Assembly (NCBI GenBank): GCA_041492755.1
Contig: JBGPXN010000019.1
Coordinates: forward strand, 1-42,585
From: Candidatus Methylomirabilia bacterium
GTDB taxonomy: Bacteria > Methylomirabilota > Methylomirabilia > Rokubacteriales > CSP1-6
Direction: 5' to 3'
DNA length: 42,585 bases
The translations under genes were made by a program, and so were the position numbers. This document shows positions 29,353-38,639 of the stretch, in pieces. The notes below the pieces were generated by a model, which saw only the letters and a program-made list of their open reading frames with translations, was not told where the DNA came from and searched no databases. How positions within the stretch are numbered: position 1 is the first letter of the stretch; each line of letters begins with the position of its first letter.

Positions 29353-29367
29353 CGGGGAGGCGAGCCT

Positions 29368-30570
29368 GTGATTTCCGTCTGGGCCGTCGAGGCGGTCGTC
29401 TTCGCCCTCGTCGTGGCCGCGCTGCTGGCCGAGCGCCCGCTGCCGTTGGCCGCCACCGCCGTCACCCTCGCCGCCGTGGCCGTTCTTCTCTGGCTCGGCC
29501 CGGGCCTTCGCCGTCAGCTCGGCGTGATCTTCACGCGCCACCGCCGCGCCGCCTGGCTCGGTGGCGCCGTGTTCGCCCTGCTGCTGCCGGCGGCCTTGCG
29601 CGGGTCGCCCTACTGGACGTTCGTCGCCACCATGGCGCTGCTCTACGTGACCATCGGCCAGGGCCTGAACTTCCAGATCGGTACCGCCGGCGTCATCAAC
29701 CTGGCCGGCGCCGCCTTCGCGGGTCTCGGCGGCTACACCGTCGGCCTCCTCACCGTCGGACTCGGCGTCCCACCGCTCCTCGCGCTCCTGATCGGCCCGC
29801 TGGCCGCCATGGTCGTCGGCGCGATCCTGTTCGTGCCGATCCTCAAGACACGCGGCCACTACCTGGCCCTGGTGACCATCGCGTTCGGCTTCATCTTCAA
29901 CATCCTGATGAACAACCTCGAATTCACCGGCGGCCCCCAGGGGATCAAGAACATCCCGACCCTGCGGCCGTTCGGCCACGTGTTCAGCGGTCCGCTGCGC
30001 CTCGGCGACCTCGTCCTGCCGTCGCACGCCAACTTCTACTACGCGGCCCTCGTCATGGCGGCCGTCGTCACGCTCGGGATGTGGCGCCTGCACAATTCGT
30101 GGCTGGGCCTGGCCCTGAACACGCTGCGCGACGACGAGATCGCCGCCCGCTGCAGCGGCGTGAACGTGGCCCGGCAGAAGCTCGTCGCGTTTTCCATCGG
30201 CAATTTCGCGATCGGTCTGGGCGGCGCGTTCTACGCCCTCATGGTGGGCTTCGTGTCGCCGCCCGACTTCGACTTCGGCTACTCGCTGATCATGCTGTCG
30301 GTGATCATCCTCGGCGGCGTGGACTCGGTGCCGGGCATCGTCCTCGGCGCCTGCCTGCTCATTCCGCTCCCCGAGCGCTTCCGGTTCCTCCACGAGTACC
30401 GGCTCCTGCTCTACGGCATCGTGATCGTCTTGATGCTGCTGTTCCGGCCGCGCGGGCTCTGGCCGGCGAGCGTCCGGCGATTTCCTTTGGCGGGGGCCTC
30501 GACGGCCCCCTCCGCGACCTCCCCCTCCGACCGGATTGTGCCGGCCAAGCCCGCGCTCGAATCGCGATGA
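29368..30570 (+). CDS. livM: Liv-type ABC permease
   Basis: GLNFQIGTAGVINLAGAAF, RGHYLALVTIAFG, TGGPQGI, RDDEIAA and IILGG. RBS GGGAGG before GTG. Confidence 0.9.
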   Translation: MISVWAVEAVVFALVVAALLAERPLPLAATAVTLAAVAVLLWLGPGLRRQLGVIFTRHRRAAWLGGAVFALLLPAALRGSPYWTFVATMALLYVTIGQGLNFQIGTAGVINLAGAAFAGLGGYTVGLLTVGLGVPPLLALLIGPLAAMVVGAILFVPILKTRGHYLALVTIAFGFIFNILMNNLEFTGGPQGIKNIPTLRPFGHVFSGPLRLGDLVLPSHANFYYAALVMAAVVTLGMWRLHNSWLGLALNTLRDDEIAARCSGVNVARQKLVAFSIGNFAIGLGGAFYALMVGFVSPPDFDFGYSLIMLSVIILGGVDSVPGIVLGACLLIPLPERFRFLHEYRLLLYGIVIVLMLLFRPRGLWPASVRRFPLAGASTAPSATSPSDRIVPAKPALESR

Positions 30571-31352
30571 GCCTGCTCGAGACGGCGGAGCTCACGGTTC
30601 GCTTCGGTGGCCTGGTCGCCATCGACAGCGTTTCGCTCGGCGTCGACGCGGGCGAGACGGTCGGGTTGATCGGTCCCAATGGATCGGGCAAGACGACGTT
30701 GTTCAACGCGATCACCGGGCTGTACCCCGCGGCCGGCGGCGAGATCCGGTTCGCGGGCGAGCGGATCAGCGGGCTCGAGACGCACGCGATCAGCCGGCGG
30801 GGCATCGCGCGCACGTTCCAGTCCAGCCGGCTCTGCCTCGAGCTCTCGACGTTCGACAACGTGCTGATCGGGCTGCACGCGCACGTCCACGCCGGTCTCT
30901 GGCGCGCGCTCGTGGAGCGCCGGCGCTTCGTCGCCGAGATGCAGGCGGCGCTGCGGGTGGCCGGCCACCTCCTGGAAACGTTCAATCCGGACCTCGCTCG
31001 GCGCGGCTTCGACCGGGCCCGCGAGCTGCCGCAGATCGACCGCCGCCGGGTGGAGATTTGTCGCGCGCTCGTCTCTCGACCGCAGCTCCTGCTCCTCGAC
31101 GAGCCGTCGGCGGGGATGAACCCCGAAGAGACGGCGCAGCTGATGCAAGACCTCCGCGTCGTCCGCGACGAGATGCCGGGACTCGCGATGATCGTCATCG
31201 AGCACGACATGTACGTGATCGAGGCGGTGAGCCAGCGCGTGGTCGCCTTCAACTACGGGCGCAAGATCGCCGAAGGCCCGTTCGCGTCCGTGGCCGCCAC
31301 CGAGGAAGTGCGCGAGGCCTATCTCGGCCGGGAGACGGCGAGCAGTGCTTGA
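30567..31352 (+). CDS. livG: Liv-type ABC ATP-binding subunit
   Basis: ATG 30567 overlaps the livM stop. GLIGPNGSGKTT, GIARTFQ, LLLDEPSAGMN, IEHDM and AYLG. Confidence 0.93.
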   Translation: MSLLETAELTVRFGGLVAIDSVSLGVDAGETVGLIGPNGSGKTTLFNAITGLYPAAGGEIRFAGERISGLETHAISRRGIARTFQSSRLCLELSTFDNVLIGLHAHVHAGLWRALVERRRFVAEMQAALRVAGHLLETFNPDLARRGFDRARELPQIDRRRVEICRALVSRPQLLLLDEPSAGMNPEETAQLMQDLRVVRDEMPGLAMIVIEHDMYVIEAVSQRVVAFNYGRKIAEGPFASVAATEEVREAYLGRETASSA

Positions 31353-32049
31353 GCTGTCCGGTATCTCGACGCGCTACGGCGCCGTGACCGTGCTGCGCGG
31401 GGTCTCGCTGGCGCTCGCCGACGGCGAGATCACCTGCCTCCTCGGCTCGAACGGCAGCGGCAAGACCACGCTCATCCGCACGATCCTCGGCATCGTCCGC
31501 CCGGTGGAGGGCACCATCACGTTTGCTGGCCGGCGGATCGACGGTGTCAGCACGGATCGAATCGTGGCGCGCGGCATCGCGGTCGTGCCCGAAGGTCGCC
31601 GTCTCTTCCCGCGGATGACGGTGGTGGAAAATCTCCGGATGGGCGCGTACCGCGACTGGGGCTCTCGCGACCTCGAGCCGCGCCTGAGCGAGATCTTCAC
31701 GCTCTTTCCGCGACTCGCGGAGCGCCGGAGCCAGGTGGCGGCGACGATGAGCGGCGGTGAGCAGGCGATGCTGGCGATGGGGCGCGCGCTCATGGCCCGG
31801 CCCGCGCTCCTGCTCCTCGACGAGCCCTCGCTCGGCCTGTCACCGCTCCTGGTCGATCAGATCTTCGAGCTGGTGCGCACCATCAACCGCGCGGGCACGA
31901 CGGTCTTCCTGGTCGAGCAAAACGCTCGCAAGACGCTCGCCATCGCCCATCGCGGCTACATCCTCCAGAAGGGCGAGATCATCGGCCGCGGGACCGCGGC
32001 CGAGCTGGGCGCCTCCGAAGTCGTCCGCCACGCCTATCTGACCACGTGA
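31345..32049 (+). CDS. livF: Liv-type ABC ATP-binding subunit
   Basis: LGSNGSGKTT, VPEGRRLF, MSGGEQAMLA, LLDEPSLGL and VEQN. Confidence 0.93.
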   Translation: MLELSGISTRYGAVTVLRGVSLALADGEITCLLGSNGSGKTTLIRTILGIVRPVEGTITFAGRRIDGVSTDRIVARGIAVVPEGRRLFPRMTVVENLRMGAYRDWGSRDLEPRLSEIFTLFPRLAERRSQVAATMSGGEQAMLAMGRALMARPALLLLDEPSLGLSPLLVDQIFELVRTINRAGTTVFLVEQNARKTLAIAHRGYILQKGEIIGRGTAAELGASEVVRHAYLTT

Positions 32050-32059
32050 ATCGACCGAC

Positions 32060-32605
32060 CTACTGGGCGGAGCGCTCGGCGAGCCCTTTCAGGTTCAGCA
32101 GCTGGCGTCGCATCATGACGAGGTCGCCCCACGGCAGGAGCACGCGCATCACGGAGCCGCGAAGCCCGGACGGGTAGCGGACAACGAGCTTGACGAGCAG
32201 ACGACACGCGCCGCCGGCCTCGGGGACGATTCGATAGGTCCCCGCGACGTCACCGAAGAGCCGCTGGCCGCTCGTCCCCGGCTTGATGCGGATGGTCAGG
32301 TGGTCGTCGGTCGCGAACGCCACGAGACTGAAGAGGCCCATCACGTCCTGGCCGACGGCGAGGTGCTCCAGCCCCGCGGTCAGCTCACGCGGGCTCGCGC
32401 GGCCGCGATTGTCGATCCAGTCGTAGCTGTACGGCGCGGCCCGGAGCTGGCAGAGCCAGCGGAACACGGCCGGCGCCGGGGCCGTGACCGTGACACCGCG
32501 GTGCAGGACGGCATCCGGGGTCGGGATCAAGCCGTCGCACGGATACGGCCGCGCCCGCTCGGCCGCGGTAGTGCCCCAGGTCGCGCTCAGCGAAGACGCC
32601 GGCAA
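32060..32605 (-). CDS. Conserved hypothetical protein (possibly SRPBCC-like)
   Basis: WGTTAAERARPYPCD, VFRWLCQLRAAPYSYDWIDN and GDLVMMRRQLLNLK look like a real protein family. Start uncertain. Confidence 0.65.
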   Translation of the reverse strand: MPASSLSATWGTTAAERARPYPCDGLIPTPDAVLHRGVTVTAPAPAVFRWLCQLRAAPYSYDWIDNRGRASPRELTAGLEHLAVGQDVMGLFSLVAFATDDHLTIRIKPGTSGQRLFGDVAGTYRIVPEAGGACRLLVKLVVRYPSGLRGSVMRVLLPWGDLVMMRRQLLNLKGLAERSAQ

Positions 32606-32630
32606 TGCCGTCGAAGCTCGGAAGCGACGC

Positions 32631-33791
32631 TCAAGCCCGCAGCCGCGCGCTCGCCAGATCCGCGCCCTGTCTGAGCACCCCGAGCTTCGCCCACACCACG
32701 CTCTCGGCCACCATGTCCGAGCCCGCGAAGGTGCCAAAGCCGCAGTCGACCGAGGCGATCACGCGGCGGCGATCACCCACCGCCTGCACGACGCGGACGA
32801 TCCGGTCAGCGACGACTTCCGGATGCTCGACGAAGTTGGTGGTGGAGTCGATGACGCCCGGCAGCAGCAGCATGCCGTCCGGCAACGGAAGGCGCTCGAA
32901 CACCCGGTACTCGTGCTGATGACGCGGGTTCGCCAGCTCGATGGACAGCGCCCCCACCCTCGCGCGATAGAGCAGCGGCAGGATGGCCTCCAGCGGGACG
33001 TCGTGGACGTGCGGGCCGTCGTAGTTGCCCCAGCACACGTGCAAACGGATGCGATCGGGCGGAACGTTCGCGGTCGCCACGTTGATCGCCTCGACGTGCG
33101 TCTCCACGATCCGCTGGAAGTGCTCCAGCGACTCGTCCTGGAAGAACCGCGTGCGCTCCATGGCCAGATCGGGGGCGTCGATCTGGAGCACGAGCCCGCG
33201 GGAGTGGATCAGCTCGTATTCCGCCCGCATCTCCCGGGCCAGCGCCGCGATGTAGCGCTCGTGCGAGTCGTAGTGGGCGTTGAGCAATATGGTCGCGATG
33301 ACGCCCGGCGAGGCCGCGGTCATGAACCCTTCGGTGAACTTTCGTGACTGCGCCTTCACCGCCCGATCGAACAGGTCGCATTCGTTCACGGCCTCCGCCC
33401 GCCCCGTGTACCGGATCTCGCCGACCGCTTGCGGCGCGTTGGAGATCCGGGCGGCAAACCGGCGGCGGTAGTCGAGCATCGCCGCGTAGTCGGGGAACTC
33501 GACCAGGTCGCGGGCGAGGCGCCGACGACTCTCGCCCCCGAATCCCTGCATCCGCCGGACGACGTACGTCGAAAATCCCGCGCGCGGCTGCTCGCCGTCG
33601 TTGCCGACGTCGATCCCGGCCTCGAGCTGCCGCGCGACGACGTTGGTGACGGCCGCCTCGACCTCACGCGCGAGCGCGGCCTCGTCGATCGCCTCGCCGT
33701 GATCCTGCCGGACGAGCAGGTCCCGCAGCGTCGGATTGCGCGGGAGGCTGCCGACGTGGGTGGTCAGGATGCGGTCTTCGCTCTTCCGCAT
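32631..33791 (-). CDS. Cobalamin-independent methionine synthase II (MetE C-terminal half) family protein
   Basis: TTHVGSLPR, DGEQ, QIDAPDL, Zn ligands RLHVCWGNY, SIELANPRH and DCGF. Confidence 0.9.
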   Translation of the reverse strand: MRKSEDRILTTHVGSLPRNPTLRDLLVRQDHGEAIDEAALAREVEAAVTNVVARQLEAGIDVGNDGEQPRAGFSTYVVRRMQGFGGESRRRLARDLVEFPDYAAMLDYRRRFAARISNAPQAVGEIRYTGRAEAVNECDLFDRAVKAQSRKFTEGFMTAASPGVIATILLNAHYDSHERYIAALAREMRAEYELIHSRGLVLQIDAPDLAMERTRFFQDESLEHFQRIVETHVEAINVATANVPPDRIRLHVCWGNYDGPHVHDVPLEAILPLLYRARVGALSIELANPRHQHEYRVFERLPLPDGMLLLPGVIDSTTNFVEHPEVVADRIVRVVQAVGDRRRVIASVDCGFGTFAGSDMVAESVVWAKLGVLRQGADLASARLRA

Positions 33792-33819
33792 GCGGTCTCC
33801 TCATGCCCGGAACTGCGGG

Positions 33820-34080
33820 TCAGGTCTCCCGGTCGCGGTGATCGGCGACGATGCGGCCATCCTTGAGCACGAGCCGACGCGCGAACTCCGTCTTCAACGC
33901 GTGGCGGCCGCTCGTCGTGAGGAACCAGCCGCCGGCCCGGATGCGCGGTCCGACGAGCTGCCCGGTGTCGAACGCGTGCTTGAGCGCGACGTCGATGTAG
34001 TGCGGCACGCCGGCCGGCCTGATCCCGGTCACGCCGGCCTCGATCAGCGCGTCGGTCGCGTTGGCCGCGTACTGCAGCGT
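33820..34080 (-). pseudogene. Internally deleted amidohydrolase remnant
   Basis: A mid-protein segment (A.NA..LIEAGVTGIR.AG..HYIDVALKHAFDTG..VGPRIRAGG.FLTTSG.H) is joined directly to a C-terminal-type RLVLKDGRIV segment. No start codon. Confidence 0.6.
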
Positions 34081-34265
34081 TCCGGAACCAGCCCCAAAGC
34101 CTCCAGATCCTCGTCGGCGAGATGTAACTCGACCGCTTCTCGCAGGTTCCTGGTCACCTCGTCCAGGGTGCGACCCTGGGTGACCACGGCAATCTCGAGG
34201 CACTCGGCGATGTAGCCCGACTGGTCCCCGGGCCGGATCGCAGCCTTGATCGTCCGCTGAAGCAT
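34044..34265 (-). CDS. HicB/UPF0150-like antitoxin domain protein, probably C-terminally truncated
   Basis: MLQRTIKAAIRPGDQSGYIAECLEIAVVTQGRTLDEVTRNLREAVELHL. Purine-rich RBS. Its tail overlaps the amidohydrolase remnant. Confidence 0.75.
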   Translation of the reverse strand: MLQRTIKAAIRPGDQSGYIAECLEIAVVTQGRTLDEVTRNLREAVELHLADEDLEALGLVPERCSTRPTRPTR

Positions 34266-34402
34266 TGCGCACCCCCTTCTGCCCGAGTCGCGAGGCTCGA
34301 TCAGCATCCCGATCTTAGCAGGACCTCGCCGCGACAGACGCCAGTGGGCTTGCCCCGGCGGCGGCCGGGTGGTACAGACGCAGGCGGGGGGAGCCAAGGC
34401 CA

Positions 34403-35704
34403 GTGCTCAGCGAGGAACAGAACCGGACGCTCACGGAGGTCGGCGCGGGCACGCGCATGGGTGAGCTGCTGCGCCGGTACTGGATGCCGATCGCCGCCCT
34501 CGGGGAGCTGGACGACCAGCCGATCAAGCCCGTCCGGCTCATGGGCGAGGACCTCGTCCTCTACAAGGACGCGATGGGCCACTACGGCCTGGTCGACCGT
34601 CATTGCGCCCACCGGCGGGCCGACCTGTCGTGCGGGTGGATCGAGGATCGCGGGCTGCGCTGCCACTACCACGGCTGGCTCTGGGACCACACCGGCCGGT
34701 GTCTGCAGCAGCCGTTCGAGGAGATCGCGCATCCCGACGCGCGATTCAAGGATCGCGTTCGGATCAAGGCCTATGCGGTGGAGGCCAAGGCCGGACTGCT
34801 GTGGGCCTACCTCGGTCCGGGGCCGGCGCCGCTCGTGCCCACGTGGGAGCCGTTCACCTGGGAGAACGGGTTCGTGCAGATCGTGTTCGCCCAGATCCCG
34901 TGCAACTGGGTCCAGTGCCAGGAGAACTCCATCGACCCGGTGCACTTCGAGTGGCTGCACAACAACTGGTCGCGTGTGCTCCGCGACGTCAACGGCGCCC
35001 CGCCCCCGACCCACCTGCGGCTGGGGTTCGACGAGTTCGAGTACGGGTTCACCTACCGGCGCATCCTCGAGGATCAATCCGAGGAGGACGAGCTGTGGAC
35101 GGTCGGGCGGACCTGTCTCTGGCCGAACTGCCTGTTCACCGGCAATCACTTCGAGTGGCGGGTGCCGATCGACGACCAGAACACGCTGAGCGTCGGCTGG
35201 TTCTTCGACCGCGTCCCGAACGACATGGAGCCGTTCAAGCAGGACCGCATCCCGTACTGGCACGGACCGGCGCGCGATCCCCGCACCGGGCGCTTCATCA
35301 CCACGCACGTGATGAATCAGGACTTCATCGCCTGGACCGGTCAGGGAACGGTCGCCGACCGGACCAAGGAACACCTGGGCGAGAGCGACCGCGGCGTCAT
35401 CCTGATGCGCAAACGACTGCTGGAGGAGGCGGAGGCGGTGGCCGCCGGCCGCGAGCCCAAGGCGCTCATCCGCGATCCGAAGGCGAACGCGAGCGTCCGG
35501 CTGCCGATCATCGGGCGCGACGCCTTCGTCAACGGCTACTCGCGCGACGACGTGCGGAAGCGGCGCGAGCGGACGCCGGGGCTGGTCGTCCGCGAGGAGT
35601 TCATCTTCCAGGCGGGCCAGCCGGCGGAGATTCGCCGCGCCTTTCGCGAGGCGATGGGGCTGCCGGTCGAGCCCGCGCCCGACGCCGGCTCGAGCGCCGG
35701 ATAG
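34403..35704 (+). CDS. Rieske non-heme iron oxygenase alpha subunit (phthalate dioxygenase/LigXa-type O-demethylase family)
   Basis: MGELLRRYWMP, Rieske CAHR...CHYHGW, mononuclear Fe ENSIDPVHFEWLH...QD and EHLGESDRGVI. Confidence 0.9.
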   Translation: MLSEEQNRTLTEVGAGTRMGELLRRYWMPIAALGELDDQPIKPVRLMGEDLVLYKDAMGHYGLVDRHCAHRRADLSCGWIEDRGLRCHYHGWLWDHTGRCLQQPFEEIAHPDARFKDRVRIKAYAVEAKAGLLWAYLGPGPAPLVPTWEPFTWENGFVQIVFAQIPCNWVQCQENSIDPVHFEWLHNNWSRVLRDVNGAPPPTHLRLGFDEFEYGFTYRRILEDQSEEDELWTVGRTCLWPNCLFTGNHFEWRVPIDDQNTLSVGWFFDRVPNDMEPFKQDRIPYWHGPARDPRTGRFITTHVMNQDFIAWTGQGTVADRTKEHLGESDRGVILMRKRLLEEAEAVAAGREPKALIRDPKANASVRLPIIGRDAFVNGYSRDDVRKRRERTPGLVVREEFIFQAGQPAEIRRAFREAMGLPVEPAPDAGSSAG

Positions 35705-35712
35705 CCACGTCG

Positions 35713-36789
35713 ATGGCGACCATCGTCCTCGGCATCGGCACCTCGCACTCGCCCATGCTGTCGCTGCCGGCGCGGCACTGGCCCGCGTACGCCCGCGGTG
35801 ACGAGCGCAATCCGGAGCTGGCCTACCCCCCCCACGGCTGGGTCATGTCCTATCAGGACGCGCTGGACTACGTCTCCCCCGCCGCGCGCGCGAAGTACCA
35901 GGGATCGGCACCCTTCGCCGCCCAGGCCGACGCGTGCCAGCGGGCGCTCGACGAGCTGTCCCGGACGCTGCGCGACGTGAGCCCGGACGTCACGATCATC
36001 ATCAGCGACGATCAGGACGAGTGGTTCTTCGAGGACAACATGCCGGCCCTCGCCGTGTACTGGGGGGAGAGCGCGCCGCTGCGGCCGCGCACGCTCGGGC
36101 CGGGTCGCGATCCCGAGATCGCCGCGGCGATCGTGCGCGGGTACGGTGACGTCGCGATGGAGGTGCCGGTGGCCAGCCGCTTCGGGCGCTTCCTGATCGA
36201 ATACCTGGTCGAGCACGACTTCGACGTCGCCCACGTGCGCGAGCCCAAGCAGCCGTACGGCGGGCGCGTGGCCCGGCGCTACCCGACGCAGCACGGCGAG
36301 CTGGACTTCGTGCGCGACACGCCGCCGCGCGAGCAGGGACTGCCGCACGGCATGGCCTTCGTGATCAAGCGGCTGTTCGACAACGCGCCGCGCCCGATCC
36401 TGCCCGTGTTCCAGAACACCTGCTACCCGCCCAACCAGCCGACGCCACGCCGGTGCTTCGCGGTCGGCGCGGCCATCGCGGCCGCCGTCGCGGCGTGGGA
36501 CGAGCCGGCCACGGTGGCCGTCGTCGGCTCCGGCGGGCTCAGCCATTTCGTCGTCGACGAGGAGCTCGACCGCGCGCTGCTCGATGCGCTCGAGCGCAAG
36601 GACGCGAGCACGCTGACGTCATTGCCGCGGAACCGACTCTATTCCGCCGCCTCGGAGTCGTTGAACTGGGTCGCGCTCGGCGGGGCGATGCACGACACGC
36701 CACTGAAGATGGAGCGCCTCGCCTACGTCCCGGTGTATCGGACACCGGCCGCGACGGGCGGTGGCTGGGCATTCGCCCGCTGGCGATGA
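35713..36789 (+). CDS. Type II extradiol ring-cleavage dioxygenase (LigB/LigZ-like)
   Basis: MATIVLGIGTSHSPML, IISDDQDE, LPHG, NTCYPPNQP, GSGGLSHFVVDEELD and SESLNW. ATG 35713 lies inside the longer ORF. Confidence 0.88.
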   Translation: MATIVLGIGTSHSPMLSLPARHWPAYARGDERNPELAYPPHGWVMSYQDALDYVSPAARAKYQGSAPFAAQADACQRALDELSRTLRDVSPDVTIIISDDQDEWFFEDNMPALAVYWGESAPLRPRTLGPGRDPEIAAAIVRGYGDVAMEVPVASRFGRFLIEYLVEHDFDVAHVREPKQPYGGRVARRYPTQHGELDFVRDTPPREQGLPHGMAFVIKRLFDNAPRPILPVFQNTCYPPNQPTPRRCFAVGAAIAAAVAAWDEPATVAVVGSGGLSHFVVDEELDRALLDALERKDASTLTSLPRNRLYSAASESLNWVALGGAMHDTPLKMERLAYVPVYRTPAATGGGWAFARWR

Positions 36790-36808
36790 TCGAAGGGAGG
36801 CTCGAGCC

Positions 36809-38344
36809 ATGAGGCGTCGACTCGGTCGTGCCGTGCTGCTGCTCGTCGTGATGCTCGTGGCCACGGTGGCGCCGGCCGCCGCAGCGCCGGAAGGCCAGCT
36901 CACGTGGGCGGTGCAGTTTGCGCTCGCGCCGACGTGGTTCGACCCGGCGGAGACGACGGGGATCCTCACCCCGTTCTTCTCGCTGTATGCGATCCACGAC
37001 GCGCTGGTGAAGCCGATGCCGGGCAAGCCGATGGCGCCGAGCCTGGCCGAAAGCTGGACCGTCTCGCCCGACGGGCTCACCTACGAGTTCGTGCTGCGCC
37101 CGGGCGTGCGCTTTCACAACGGCGACCCGGTCACGGCCGACGACGTGAAGTTCTCCTTCGAGCGCTACCGCGGCGTGTCCAGCAAGCTGCTGAAGGAGCG
37201 CGTGCGCCAGGTGCACGTCGTCGATCCACTTCGCGTGCGCTTCCAGCTCAAGGACCCGTGGCCCGACTTCCTCGTCTTCTACGCCACGCCGGCCACGGGC
37301 GCGGCGTGGATCGTGCCGCGCAAGTACGTCGAGAAGGTCGGCGACGAAGGCTTCAAGAAAACGCCGATCGGCGCGGGCCCGTACCGGTTCGTGTCCTTCA
37401 CGCCGGGGATCGAGCTCGTCCTCGAGGCCAACGAGCACTACTGGCGAAAGGAACCGAGCGTCAAACGGCTGGTCATCAAGGTCATCCCCGACGAGACGAC
37501 GCGGCTGGCCATGCTCAAGCGCGGCGAAGCGGACCTCGCCTACACGTTCCGGGGCGCCGTCGCCGAGGAGCTGCGGCGCTCCCCCGGGCTGGCGCTGAAG
37601 CCCTCCCTGTTCAACGCGACGTTCTGGGTGATCTTCACCGAGCAGTGGGATCCCAAGTCGCCGTGGGCCGATCGGCGCGTGCGCCTGGCCGCCAACCACG
37701 CCATCGACCGTCAGGCCATCAACCAATCGCTGACGCTGGGCTTCTCACGGATCACGAGCAGCTTGATCCCTCAGGACTTCGAGTTTGCGTGGCACGCGCC
37801 GATCCACAAGTACGATCCGACGCGGGCCAAGCAGCTCCTGGCCGAGGCCGGATACCCGAACGGCTTCAACGCCGGCGCGATCTCCACCGACACCTCGTTC
37901 GCCGAGAGCGCGGAGCCCATCGCCGGGTATTTCGCCGCCATCGGCATCCGGGCCACCGTGCGCAGCCTCGAGCGCGCCGCGTTCTTCAGCCAGCTCCGCG
38001 ACAAGAAGCTCCGCCCGCTCGCCTACGCGGCGAGCGGGGCGTACGGCAACGCGGCGACCCGGCTCGACGCGTTCGTGGCCGCGGGCGGCGCCTACGCCTA
38101 CGGCAGCTACCCCGACATCGAGGGATTGATTCAGGAGCAGGCGTTCGAGCGCGACCGGAAGCGGCGCGAGGCGACGCTGCACCGGATCCAGCAGCTCATG
38201 TACGAGCGCTCCATGGTCGCGCCGCTCTGGGAAACGGCGACCATCAACGGCTACGGTCCGCGGGTGGCGGAGCCGGCGCTGAACCTGATCGCCGGCTTCC
38301 CGTGGTCCGCGCCCTACGAGGAGCTGCGGCTCAAGGCGCGCTGA
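36809..38344 (+). CDS. Family-5 (peptide/nickel) ABC substrate-binding protein
   Basis: Signal peptide, APSLAESW, FHNGDPVTADDVKFS, PIGAGPY, DRRVRLAANHAIDR and AKQLLAEAGY. Confidence 0.92.
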   Translation: MRRRLGRAVLLLVVMLVATVAPAAAAPEGQLTWAVQFALAPTWFDPAETTGILTPFFSLYAIHDALVKPMPGKPMAPSLAESWTVSPDGLTYEFVLRPGVRFHNGDPVTADDVKFSFERYRGVSSKLLKERVRQVHVVDPLRVRFQLKDPWPDFLVFYATPATGAAWIVPRKYVEKVGDEGFKKTPIGAGPYRFVSFTPGIELVLEANEHYWRKEPSVKRLVIKVIPDETTRLAMLKRGEADLAYTFRGAVAEELRRSPGLALKPSLFNATFWVIFTEQWDPKSPWADRRVRLAANHAIDRQAINQSLTLGFSRITSSLIPQDFEFAWHAPIHKYDPTRAKQLLAEAGYPNGFNAGAISTDTSFAESAEPIAGYFAAIGIRATVRSLERAAFFSQLRDKKLRPLAYAASGAYGNAATRLDAFVAAGGAYAYGSYPDIEGLIQEQAFERDRKRREATLHRIQQLMYERSMVAPLWETATINGYGPRVAEPALNLIAGFPWSAPYEELRLKAR

Positions 38345-38401
38345 GCCGGTCCGCCGTGAGCGTGACCGACGGGGTGTCGGCGTGAGCGTGAGAGGATCGG
38401 C

Positions 38402-38639
38402 GTGATCTTGATCATCGGTGGCATGGGATTCATCGAACAAGGACGTCGTTGCCGCCGTTCGCAAGGCCGTGCCCGGCGCGCCGGGCACCGTCCTGAAGCC
38501 GGGGCGGACGCCCGGCACCTCGACCAACCCGGCCACCGACCTCTCGCGCATCAAGAGCGACGCCGGTTACGAGCCGGAGCACACGCTCGACGCCGGGATT
38601 GGGGCGTACATCGACTGGTTGCGAAGCAACCCGCAATGA
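38402..38639 (+). pseudogene. Internally deleted NAD-dependent epimerase/dehydratase
   Basis: The Rossmann start MILIIGGMGFI is joined out of frame to a typical C-terminus (..DLSRIKSDAGYEPEHTLDAGIGAYIDWLR). Confidence 0.7.

Noticed and set aside
26677..30393. 1238-aa minus-strand ORF and many other long shadow ORFs (e.g. 160-1215, 7620-9407, 16049-18604, 20676-22787)
   Set aside because: They are antisense or off-frame to well-supported genes. Long stop-free shadow frames are expected at this GC content and show no motifs.
34603..36789. 728-aa oxygenase-dioxygenase fusion ORF
   Set aside because: The first 370 codons are an off-frame shadow of the Rieske gene. The dioxygenase starts at ATG 35713.
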